The translations under genes were made by a program, and so were the position numbers. A stretch of DNA of 64,000 bases, from assembly GCA_030608565.1 (NCBI GenBank), contig JAUWDY010000001.1:15457-79456 (forward strand). Reading direction: 5' to 3'. How positions within the stretch are numbered: the stretch's first letter is position 1; every line of letters begins with the position of its first letter. This DNA comes from Candidatus Bathyarchaeota archaeon (GTDB lineage: Archaea > Thermoproteota > Bathyarchaeia > Bathyarchaeales > Bathyarchaeaceae). This document shows positions 55,665-64,000 of the stretch, piece after piece. Below the pieces are notes generated by a model. That model made no database searches and was not told where the DNA came from. It was given only the letters and a program-made list of their open reading frames with translations.

Positions 55665-57293
55665 TTATCTGGAACTAGAAACGTTTTTCCTCAGCAATGT
55701 ATCTCGAGCAACTGGCAATTTCTCAGGATAGTCCAAGAAATAGTGAATCCCCCGACTTTCTTTTCGCATCATCGCGGAATCGATGATGAGTTCTGCTACC
55801 AATGCCATGTTTCGTAGCTCGACAAGGTCTGTTGTAAGGATGAAATCCCAATAATACTGGTTGATCTCTTGTTGCAGGAGGGTTATGCGTTTTTTGGCGC
55901 GGGTTAGACGTTTGTCAGAACGCACGATTCCTACATAGTTCCACATCAAACGGCGAATCTCATCCCGATTTTGAGTGATGACCACTGCTTCATCAATGTC
56001 CACGGCTTCTCCCGGTTCCCAAGGAGCAAATGGTTGTAAAGGAATCTCTTCCTTCAGCAATCTTTTGCATCTCTCAGCCGCATGGTCGGCACAAACTAAA
56101 GCCTCAAGTAGAGAGTTGCTGGCCAATCGATTGGCTCCATGAAGACCTGTGCACGCTGTTTCGCCGATTGCAAACAGATTTTTCACATCTGTCTCACCAA
56201 CAATAGTGGCTTTTACACCCCCGCAACAATAGTGGGCTGCAGGGACCACCGGGATCGGATCTTTTGTGATGTCAATTCCGAATGATAGACATTTCTCATA
56301 GATCCCTGGAAATCGAGATCGAATGAACTGATGATCTTTAAAGGATACGTCGAGAAGAACATATTCATCTCCGCTTTTCTTTAACTCCTGATCAATAGCT
56401 CGAGCAACCACATCTCGAGGAGCTAGCTCTTTCATCGAATGGTAATGGTCCATAAACCGTCTTTCACGCTTATCTTGAAGAATGGCTCCTTCGCCTCTGA
56501 GGGCTTCTGAGATGAGAAAGGGTGTTTCGTAGGGACGATATAGACATGTTGGATGAAATTGGGTGAACTCCATGTTCATAATTGTGGCTCCGGCTCGATA
56601 TGCCATGGCGATTCCGTCTCCAGTGGCTATGTCTGGATTGCTTGTGTGAAGATAGACTCTTCCCATTCCACCCGCTGCAAGCACAGTTACCTTTGCCACA
56701 AAATTTCGAATTGTTGAATTCTCTCTGTCTAGAACATAGCATCCTCCACACTGACTATCTTTTACGACAAGGTTAATTGCGATGTGATTCTCAAAAAGCT
56801 TGATGGCTGGATGCCTACTAATGGCATTCAACAGAACATCTTCGATCTCTTCACCCGAAAGATCTTTCGCGTGGACGATTCGTCGCTTTGAATGCCCGCT
56901 CTCCATTCCTAGGTCAAGTTCACCTGTTGCTCTCCTAGAAAAATCGACCCCAAGCGTCATGAGTTCTTGAACACGTGCAGGGCCTTCTCGTACAATCTTT
57001 TCAACCACGTTTCTCTTACTTAATCCGTTGCCACAAGCCAAAGTGTCTCTAATGTGGTTCTCAAAAGAATCCGCTGGAGAAAAAACAGCTGCAATTCCAC
57101 CTTGCGCATAATTTGTGTTCGATTCAGCCTTCTCTTTCTTGGTAACAATCACTACTTGGGCGTGGTCAGCTATCTTTAATGCAAAGGATAACCCTGCGAT
57201 TCCGCTTCCGATCACAAGTACATCTGAGACAACATCTGCCGCGTCCATATGATTCCCACAGAGCTCAAATAAGATGCTTTTGCTTGCATGCAA
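55665..57293 (-). CDS. nadB: L-aspartate oxidase
   Basis: DVLVIGSGIAG, and a succinate-dehydrogenase/fumarate-reductase flavoprotein-like core (RPYETPFLISEALRGEG, HYCCGG). Confidence 0.85.
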   Translation of the reverse strand: MHASKSILFELCGNHMDAADVVSDVLVIGSGIAGLSFALKIADHAQVVIVTKKEKAESNTNYAQGGIAAVFSPADSFENHIRDTLACGNGLSKRNVVEKIVREGPARVQELMTLGVDFSRRATGELDLGMESGHSKRRIVHAKDLSGEEIEDVLLNAISRHPAIKLFENHIAINLVVKDSQCGGCYVLDRENSTIRNFVAKVTVLAAGGMGRVYLHTSNPDIATGDGIAMAYRAGATIMNMEFTQFHPTCLYRPYETPFLISEALRGEGAILQDKRERRFMDHYHSMKELAPRDVVARAIDQELKKSGDEYVLLDVSFKDHQFIRSRFPGIYEKCLSFGIDITKDPIPVVPAAHYCCGGVKATIVGETDVKNLFAIGETACTGLHGANRLASNSLLEALVCADHAAERCKRLLKEEIPLQPFAPWEPGEAVDIDEAVVITQNRDEIRRLMWNYVGIVRSDKRLTRAKKRITLLQQEINQYYWDFILTTDLVELRNMALVAELIIDSAMMRKESRGIHYFLDYPEKLPVARDTLLRKNVSSSR

Positions 57294-57302
57294 ACTTTTC
57301 GG

Positions 57303-58904
57303 TTATATGTTTTCGAATGCTACGTCTATATGCTCTTTTGGAAGCTGTTTTGAAATCAAACTTACAATAATTGTTAAGACAAATGATATTGGTATCGCTA
57401 AAAATAATGGGTCTAAATATGAAACTAGACCGCTCAACGTTATTCCTGAGATCGAGGGTGCAGTCTTATAATACACGAGGCAGTACCAAAGTATGGCAAA
57501 CCAGAAACCACTCATCAATCCAACCCATGCACCAGCCCTCGTAATTTTCCTCCAGTAAATAGTCAACGTATATGGTGCCAAGAATGTGCACGCCATCAAA
57601 CCGAAGAAGAACGATGTTAGATACGCAACTACGTCTGGAGGGTTCAAAGAAAGTATCAAAGTAACAGCTATTATTGCCGCCGTCGCAAGCCTCGTAACAA
57701 GCATAGATTTTTTCCCAGCTAAACCTTTCTTTATAGCTTTGTCGTAAACGTCTCTCCCAATACTGGCTCCTGCCACATGGAATAGAGCAGCCGCCGTTGA
57801 CATCGCTGCCATCAGAATGGCGAACAAGAAGAGAAGGACAAACCATTGTGGAAAGAGTTCCATAATCACTGTAGGTAAGACCAAATCTGGTGATCCTGGA
57901 TACAAGATTCCGTGGTTAACCATGAATACGTCGCACAAAGGACCGACGCTAAAAGCAGTGAAAGTCATAAAGAGTATGAATATTCCACCAATTGGAACTG
58001 CTAATCGCAAAGCTCTGTCGTTTTTTGCAGTCAAATACCGTTGAATCAATTGTGGCTGGGCAAGAACTCCAATGCCGACACCGAAAATAATCGTTAGCAC
58101 CATCATAAAAGGCTCTGTTAAAAATGGTTGCATAGACGTCAACCCGTTTGGAGCTAAGTTGGCCTCAGGAAATCCAATATTGACCAAGTCTGCCCAAGTT
58201 AGACTGGCTAATGCTTCATGGGCGGAGACTATTCCACCCAGCTTGAAGTACATCCAGCAGTACATCACTAACATTCCTATGAACATTGTAATGCCTTGAA
58301 TTACATGCGCCCACATTACTGCCAGAAGACCGCCGAGGAGTACGTATGCTCCCGCTATTACCGTGAAAATTACTACCGACAATTCATATGGTATCCCAAA
58401 TACAACTTTGATAAGAGAAGATATAGCCAGAAAGACCGCTGTTGTATATGCAACCATAAAGATAGCGATTATTACTCCGCTCACACCCTGCAGTCGCGTA
58501 TCTTTGAATCTATTTCCTAAAAGCTCTGGCAGTGTTTCTGCTCCAAGCGAGATTCCTATTTTTCTAGTTCTTAAGCCGAAGAAAACGAATGCTATGAAAA
58601 CGCCGACAAAAATGTTGAGAAACGCAAGCCACAAGACTGATTGGCCGAACATTGAGGCGATTCCGGAGAAACCTATCAATGCTACAGCGCTTACGAATGT
58701 GGCGCCGTAGGAAAGTGCTACAACAAATCCACCCATCTTTCCGCCAGCGATGTACCAATCTTTCGCTGTCTTAGTTCTCTTATATCCAAGATAGCCTAAA
58801 AATGTGAATATGATAACGTACGCTATTATGAATAGTATAAAAATGATGTAGTTATCCACTTTCTTTTGCACCACGTGTCTTAACGTCTTTTCGAACGTAT
58901 TCAC
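57303..58904 (-). CDS. sodium:solute symporter family transporter
   Basis: 533 aa, about 13 TM segments, SSS-like pattern. The start codon is GTG. Confidence 0.8.
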   Translation of the reverse strand: MNTFEKTLRHVVQKKVDNYIIFILFIIAYVIIFTFLGYLGYKRTKTAKDWYIAGGKMGGFVVALSYGATFVSAVALIGFSGIASMFGQSVLWLAFLNIFVGVFIAFVFFGLRTRKIGISLGAETLPELLGNRFKDTRLQGVSGVIIAIFMVAYTTAVFLAISSLIKVVFGIPYELSVVIFTVIAGAYVLLGGLLAVMWAHVIQGITMFIGMLVMYCWMYFKLGGIVSAHEALASLTWADLVNIGFPEANLAPNGLTSMQPFLTEPFMMVLTIIFGVGIGVLAQPQLIQRYLTAKNDRALRLAVPIGGIFILFMTFTAFSVGPLCDVFMVNHGILYPGSPDLVLPTVIMELFPQWFVLLFLFAILMAAMSTAAALFHVAGASIGRDVYDKAIKKGLAGKKSMLVTRLATAAIIAVTLILSLNPPDVVAYLTSFFFGLMACTFLAPYTLTIYWRKITRAGAWVGLMSGFWFAILWYCLVYYKTAPSISGITLSGLVSYLDPLFLAIPISFVLTIIVSLISKQLPKEHIDVAFENI

Positions 58905-59001
58905 AATAGACCCAATAAATAATGCAGAGCAGAGTGCTTAGTATGCACCCTATCCATGCAACGAACACCCAAAGATCTTGGCCAAGAATCAAAGTTTCCA
59001 C
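58852..59001 (-). CDS. possible small membrane protein overlapping the symporter start
   Basis: 49 aa from GTG (58999-59001): VETLILGQDLWVFVAWIGCILSTLLCIIYWVYCEYVRKDVKTRGAKESG. SSS transporters are often preceded by a small TM subunit. Confidence 0.35.
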   Translation of the reverse strand: METLILGQDLWVFVAWIGCILSTLLCIIYWVYCEYVRKDVKTRGAKESG

Positions 59002-59061
59002 AGCATCCTCACTTCGTCAAAACAAAATAAATCTTGTGCTTCTCTGTGATAAAACTTTAAT

Positions 59062-59124
59062 CCAACCAACCAAACGGGGGAAACGACCAACCAACGGTTA
59101 AAATTTAACCCGACCAACCAAAAC
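59062..59124. repeat. three direct copies of a (C/G)ACCAACCAA motif
   Basis: CCAACCAACCAAAC (59062-59075), CGACCAACCAAC (59085-59096) and CGACCAACCAAAAC (59111-59124), upstream of the symporter operon. Confidence 0.7.
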
Positions 59125-59220
59125 CCAAAGGTTGTCATAACAATCTAGACAGTAATACAAAGTTTTCGCCTTATGCTTCCTTGTGTGTTTGCGAATTACC
59201 TTTCAAAGTTTTGGTTTTTC

Positions 59221-60003
59221 TTAATCTTTCCTTGCTACAATAGCGAATCCTGGCACATATGTTAGCCAATGCTCCCAACTTCCCGGAGCCGCTTGTACAT
59301 GCTGATAGTAATATGGTGCTTCTTGGACATGTTTTATAGATAGTCCTAAGGCGAGGAGCCCATTAAAGATGCTACTCAATGTGTGTCGAAATTCAATAGG
59401 ACCATCCTCAAGTCTACGGATTCGCTCAGTATACGGTCTGGTGATGCGATAACCTTCTCCATCCCAGTCGTCGCAGTCCACGAACTCTGTCGCTGGATTT
59501 GTGAAATTCACTCGATATTTCCCCCCAGTTCTCAACACTCCGGCAACTTCGGAATAGACTTGCTTGACATCAGGGACATAGCTCATACCTGTTCCATATA
59601 CAAGATCAAAAGATTTATCTCCTACACATGAGAGATCGCGCATATCTCCTTGAATGGTGTCAATCTCATATCCATAGTGTGTTGCTGCTTTCTGATCCCC
59701 TCTCAACTGTCCTTCAGCTAGATCCACCACAGTCACATGCGCACCAAGAAGACTAAAAACCACTGACTGTTGTCCTCCACCGGCTGCAAGACACAAGACA
59801 TCCTTGCTTTCAACATCAGCAAGTACACTGGATGGATACATAACGAGCAACGGCTCCGGTACAGGATTCAACTGACCTTTCACATACTGACTAATGAGGT
59901 TAGCATCCAGCTCCAGCCATGGGCGTGTGAATCCACACCCTTCTTTCACCATCTTTTCCCAGTGCCGCTTATTGGTTACTATAATATCATTATGTTTCGT
60001 CAT
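59221..60003 (-). CDS. class I SAM-dependent methyltransferase
   Basis: Motif I VLCLAAGGGQQS. Confidence 0.7.
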   Translation of the reverse strand: MTKHNDIIVTNKRHWEKMVKEGCGFTRPWLELDANLISQYVKGQLNPVPEPLLVMYPSSVLADVESKDVLCLAAGGGQQSVVFSLLGAHVTVVDLAEGQLRGDQKAATHYGYEIDTIQGDMRDLSCVGDKSFDLVYGTGMSYVPDVKQVYSEVAGVLRTGGKYRVNFTNPATEFVDCDDWDGEGYRITRPYTERIRRLEDGPIEFRHTLSSIFNGLLALGLSIKHVQEAPYYYQHVQAAPGSWEHWLTYVPGFAIVARKD

Positions 60004-60244
60004 GTTTTCTCAGCTTCTCAACTTTCCAGTGATCTTTTATATTATAAGAGCGATAGTACATTTTTACTTTTTTTAATTGCTTATTAATCAAGTTAGTAAG
60101 AATTTTGAGAGATGCGCGCGCTTTGCATGCCTGCAACTAGAATGAGAGAGGGGGTTTGGGGGATACTTCCCCCAAGTTGGTGAAGTTTAGGAAGGAATAA
60201 AACTTTAATTCTGCCTTTTCCGTTTTTTCATGTGGGTCTAGGTA

Positions 60245-60589
60245 ATGCCTGAGCGGAAAAAGAAAAGGCGATTTTTTGACCTATTTGGCTTTGATGAAGA
60301 AGATTTTCTGTTGGGGCAAGAGCCTGTCGATGGCGAATCTGGATATTCTATATCTGTAACCTACGGTAACAGTGGCAAACCTGTTGTTCAAGTGTGGACT
60401 CGTGGAGATGTGAACACGGCGGAGTTACGGAGGGATATAGAGCAGCAGTATCCTGGGGCTAGGATTAAGGGATTGGAGAAAAAGCCCTTGATTAAGATAG
60501 TGGGTGAAAAAGACACGAGAAAAAAGGAAGAAAAGCCAAAGAAAAACAATGCTAAGAAAGAGAAGCCTTTGATAAAAGTTATCGAGTAA
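60245..60589 (+). CDS. hypothetical protein with a Lys-rich tail
   Basis: 114 aa ORF. I recognise no family. Confidence 0.4.
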   Translation: MPERKKKRRFFDLFGFDEEDFLLGQEPVDGESGYSISVTYGNSGKPVVQVWTRGDVNTAELRRDIEQQYPGARIKGLEKKPLIKIVGEKDTRKKEEKPKKNNAKKEKPLIKVIE

Positions 60590-60737
60590 AAGAGAAGAAG
60601 TTGTTTTCGCCGCAAAATTTAACGTCAAAGTCCGAGATTGAAAATAAAGTTACTACTCTCTTTTATATCTGTTCCTTTTTGGAAAAATAGGGTGACGATT
60701 TATTAGTAGAGCTAACCTTTTTTGTTAGTGATAACCG

Positions 60738-60968
60738 ATGAGCGAAGAAGAGAAAAAAGAAAAGGCGACAGCGTATCAATCTTCATGGCCGAGACGACCA
60801 GAGAGACCATGGGAACGACCATTGCCCTCACCAACCCCTATGCCTATAATTCCAACAGAAGATGTCAACAGAATACTCAAACAAATATTAGATCGACTGG
60901 GTGCAATAGAAAAGCGGCTGGAAAAGATCGAGAAGTTGTTGGCTGAAAAAGCAGCGTCTTCCACATAG
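60738..60968 (+). CDS. hypothetical small protein (Pro-rich, then a short coiled coil)
   Basis: 76 aa ORF. Competing overlapping ORFs are less protein-like. Confidence 0.3.
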   Translation: MSEEEKKEKATAYQSSWPRRPERPWERPLPSPTPMPIIPTEDVNRILKQILDRLGAIEKRLEKIEKLLAEKAASST

Positions 60969-61102
60969 AATTGCAGATAGTGTCGTCCTCGTCTAGAAGA
61001 GGAGACTAGCCTACTTTCTGGTGTGTCTACCTGCGATAGGAATCAACTTCCCATATTTGGGGCAATCTTTGTCATCAATGACTCAGTATGCGCAAGCATG
61101 TG

Positions 61103-62203
61103 TTATCTGTTAGCCGTTTTAACAGCGTCAGAAACGCGTCTCAAATATTCTAAAGCACATTCGTACGTAGGGAACCCTCCAAGCCCACATTCTGGTCCTG
61201 CGTACAGAATCCTATCCACGCCAAACTTGTTAGCAATCTTGATCAACCGTTTCTTCATCAACCTGTCGCTTTCAAGAAAAACTTTGGGATCCAGGTTTCC
61301 ACTTTTAACTCTCCTCCAAGTTTCTGCAATTTTTTCGTTTATTGTTAATTCACTAATCTTCTGTTGGGAAGCAACTGTTATGCTTTCTCGGATCAAACTG
61401 TCAAAATCCGTGATACATACGCTCGCTTTCAAGAACTTGTCTGTTGACTCTAAGAGTTCTTTGGTTTTCCCAGTTTGGTAGATGGGGTCGTCTACGTGTG
61501 ACTCGATTATGCTCAGCGGTTCTACCTCCCAAAACAGTTCATCCGCCGTGTTGTGAAGGTGTATGCATGTCTGTATGCCTTTAGAGTGGGCCGTGTGAAA
61601 GATGGATTCCCAAGCCTTTCGTAGATGTTCTCTTCCTTCAGAGCCACGGTCGATTAACGGGTCGTCCAGCAATCCAAAGATTGGCTCATCCATGGCAACT
61701 AGGCTTACGCTTCCATATTTCCCATTGAAGAGATTGTTCTCTACTATCTGCGAAATCATCTCTCCTACTCTGCTGAAGATTTCTCTGTCTCTGTAAACGA
61801 AGAGTGAAGAAAGCGTGTAGGGACCTGTGACGCAAACCTTGACTTGAAACGGCTCGCTTATCCTCTCATAAATCTGCTGAGAATTTTCTTTTATCACCGA
61901 AACTTCAGGTATACAACTCTCCTCCGCCCTCAGAGACAGAATCCCCGTCTCCATGTAACCATCCTTCGCCTTCTCCACACCGTCTATCATTCCCAGAAAC
62001 ATCCTGCTCATGTCCCTAAACTGGGGATAGTTTGGAACGTCAATGCCTGCTCTCAGTTTATCAAAAAAACCTTCAACTATCATTCTTTCAAAATATTTAG
62101 CGGTTTTTTCCGTAGGCGAGGATTCGAAGCGTGTCGCGCCCTCCAAGAATCTTTCAACATCACCGATAAGAGGCAGGCTTCCTACGTCACACGATTTAAT
62201 CAT
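61103..62203 (-). CDS. cobalamin-independent methionine synthase (MetE C-terminal domain)-like protein
   Basis: 366 aa. IHLH..., and YAGPECGLGG near the C-terminus, typical of the MetE/URO-D-like fold. Confidence 0.65.
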   Translation of the reverse strand: MIKSCDVGSLPLIGDVERFLEGATRFESSPTEKTAKYFERMIVEGFFDKLRAGIDVPNYPQFRDMSRMFLGMIDGVEKAKDGYMETGILSLRAEESCIPEVSVIKENSQQIYERISEPFQVKVCVTGPYTLSSLFVYRDREIFSRVGEMISQIVENNLFNGKYGSVSLVAMDEPIFGLLDDPLIDRGSEGREHLRKAWESIFHTAHSKGIQTCIHLHNTADELFWEVEPLSIIESHVDDPIYQTGKTKELLESTDKFLKASVCITDFDSLIRESITVASQQKISELTINEKIAETWRRVKSGNLDPKVFLESDRLMKKRLIKIANKFGVDRILYAGPECGLGGFPTYECALEYLRRVSDAVKTANR

Positions 62204-62226
62204 GAAAACTCACAAGCCCGTTATGT

Positions 62227-63219
62227 TTAAGCTGTTTTGAAGTGTTCCCATCCCCTAGCCTCAATAGGAATAATCCTTTCTTTCGTTCTGAGGAGAAGGG
62301 TTTTCTCCTCGGTGACTTGACCAATTTTGGTTAGAGACGCCCCGACCTGTTCAGTAGCTTTTTTTGCTTTCTCCCAAAGTTCAGGTTTCACAGTTACTAC
62401 AATCTCGTATTCTTCCCCGCCGTACAAACTCAGCTCTACCGGATCAAAATCGTGAATCTTTGCGAATTCCTCTACTTCACGGGCGACTGCAAGGTTGTCG
62501 ATGACGAATCCTACGTTACTTGCTCGTGAGATTTCATGTAGGCTCCATGCTAGTCCGTCGCTGGAGTCGATAGACGCGGTTACAGCATGGGTCTGGGCTA
62601 GGGCTAAACCTTCTTTGAGTCGTGCTTGGGGCATAAGAACTGCGTTGACAAGCTCTTTCCTCATCTCAGGAGGAGCTGTGAGGCTTTTAAGCAGAATCTT
62701 TAGGCCAGAGGATGTTTTGCCGAAGACCCCGGTGACTGCAACTAGGTCGTCGGGCTTCGCACCGCTGCGCTTCATCAAATAGCGTTTTTCAACAATCCCA
62801 AATGCGGTGCAGCTTATCACTAGGTCAGAAGCCTCGTTGGTGTCTCCGCCCAAAACATAGGCGTTGTATTCGCGAGCACCAGCGTTTAGTCCCTTGCCGA
62901 TCTGTTCGATGTCTTTCTTTACGAAGCCTCTTGGAATACCAATGGATGCGAGCAGGGCGATAGGCTTTACTCCTTTAGCGGCTAGGTCGCTTATGTTCAT
63001 GACTACAGCTTTACGTGCCGCTTGCCAAAGGTTCATACTTGGCGGAACATCGGTTTTTCCAACGAGCATGTCAGTCTTTATGACAGCGAGTTTTTCGTTT
63101 CCTATATCTACGGCTGAGACATCGTCTCCGAAGGGTACCGGCATATTTGGCATTTGGTCTAGGCATCCGAGAATGATTTCGATTATTTTTCGTTCACCCA
63201 GTTCTTCAGCCAAGCTCAA
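62227..63219 (-). CDS. thiL: thiamine-monophosphate kinase (AIR synthase-related family)
   Basis: FGDDVSAVDI, MNISDLAAKG and GGDTN motifs. Confidence 0.8.
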   Translation of the reverse strand: MSLAEELGERKIIEIILGCLDQMPNMPVPFGDDVSAVDIGNEKLAVIKTDMLVGKTDVPPSMNLWQAARKAVVMNISDLAAKGVKPIALLASIGIPRGFVKKDIEQIGKGLNAGAREYNAYVLGGDTNEASDLVISCTAFGIVEKRYLMKRSGAKPDDLVAVTGVFGKTSSGLKILLKSLTAPPEMRKELVNAVLMPQARLKEGLALAQTHAVTASIDSSDGLAWSLHEISRASNVGFVIDNLAVAREVEEFAKIHDFDPVELSLYGGEEYEIVVTVKPELWEKAKKATEQVGASLTKIGQVTEEKTLLLRTKERIIPIEARGWEHFKTA

Positions 63220-63292
63220 ACATGGGTTTCCTCAGTTAATGAGTTGCGTCCGAACGTCTTAAAAATGTGTGCTTCTCTCAATTGATTTGGAA

Positions 63293-63368
63293 GCCTCGGT
63301 GGCTCAGCTGGTAGAGCGTCAGCCTCGTAAGCTGGTGGTCGGGGGTTCGAATCCCCCCCGAGGCTCCA
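63293..63368 (+). tRNA. tRNA-Thr(CGT), intronless, CCA encoded
   Basis: GCCTCGG TG GCTC AGCTGGTA GAGC G TCAGC CTCGTAA GCTGG TGGTC GGGGG TTCGAAT CCCCC CCGAGGC T CCA. Confidence 0.9.
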
Positions 63369-63536
63369 GATATACATGGGAACTATCTGTTTATCGGAAC
63401 TCAGGCAAGTCTAGAATCCCAAAGACCTCTCTATACCTGTCTGTCTCTGTGTTTCTTTTTCTACAGATTAACAGACACCAGTAAAATATATCAGATCACA
63501 GCTAAAACCATACACTTCGGAGGCATCAAGTTCACA

Positions 63537-64000
63537 ATAGATCTAATTCAAACCTTAATCCTCGCTATCATCCAGGGCATAACCGAATGGCTACCAGTCT
63601 CCAGTACCGGCCACCTCAACATCGCACGAAATTGCATGGGCTTGAGTACAAAAGACCCCTCCTACATATTTTTTGATTTTATGCTACACATAGGAACCTT
63701 ATGTGTCGTCTTAGTAGCGTTTAGAAAGGACATCGTGAAAATCCTCAAAGCCGTAATTAGACGGGATTTCCAAACAGATGAAGGAAAACTAGCCTTATTC
63801 ATAATCGTAGGAAGCATACCAACAGCCATCATAGGTTTTATCCTCGATTTTCTCTTTCAGAAACAATTCGAATCTCTTTATCTCAACTTACTAACTGTGG
63901 GCATAGCTTTGCCAATTAATGGTTTCTTCCTGTACATTTCGCAGCTTAGAAGAAACAATAAAAAACTAAATTATATGGATTCTTTGTTGGTAGGGATAGC
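63537..64000 (+). CDS. uppP: undecaprenyl-diphosphatase (BacA/UppP), 5' part; runs off the right window edge
   Basis: My translation is (I)DLIQTLILAIIQGITEWLPVSSTGHL...GSIPTAIIGF. No canonical start codon lies in frame upstream of the conserved motif, so the listed start is a candidate ATA. Confidence 0.75.
   Translation, partial: MDLIQTLILAIIQGITEWLPVSSTGHLNIARNCMGLSTKDPSYIFFDFMLHIGTLCVVLVAFRKDIVKILKAVIRRDFQTDEGKLALFIIVGSIPTAIIGFILDFLFQKQFESLYLNLLTVGIALPINGFFLYISQLRRNNKKLNYMDSLLVGI

Noticed and set aside
60163-60178. Short hairpin GGGGGATACTTCCCCC upstream of 60245
   Set aside because: It is a single 6-bp stem with no repetition or conserved context, so it is not distinguishable from chance.

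Overview
This window is an archaeal chromosomal segment. The evidence is topoisomerase VI A/B, aIF-1A, aIF-2beta, a Rio1/KH cluster, FtsZ, Elp3, DGGGP synthase, TIP49 and intron-containing tRNAs. A Bathyarchaeia/Thermoproteota-like origin is only a guess. About 5.3-26.0 kb is an AT-richer accessory island that ends at a tyrosine recombinase. The island is organised as small gene modules: GIY-YIG + PD-(D/E)xK-EVE; ParB-ASCH + a Cys-rich protein; NurA-like + HerA-like; wHTH + nucleotidyltransferase; TIR-TM + unknown + DUF4062-HEPN; a UDG-like gene; and HEPN + RNase HIII-like + TPR-HEPN. These modules are separated by a conserved, island-specific intergenic repeat of about 90 bp. The rest of the window (26-64 kb) is housekeeping, but it has several oddities. 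A tRNA-Tyr needs four introns to fold, and a tRNA-Asn needs two non-canonical introns. A palindromic (ATGC)n motif is strongly enriched in intergenic DNA. A roughly 30-nt inverted repeat links the integrase flank to the tRNA cluster 23 kb away. Several conserved genes are disrupted (in-frame TAA in gcvPA, +1 frameshift in TIP49, a TrmO remnant) or lack a canonical start codon. I found no rRNA and no CRISPR array. All functional calls come from motifs I read in the translations; no database search was run.
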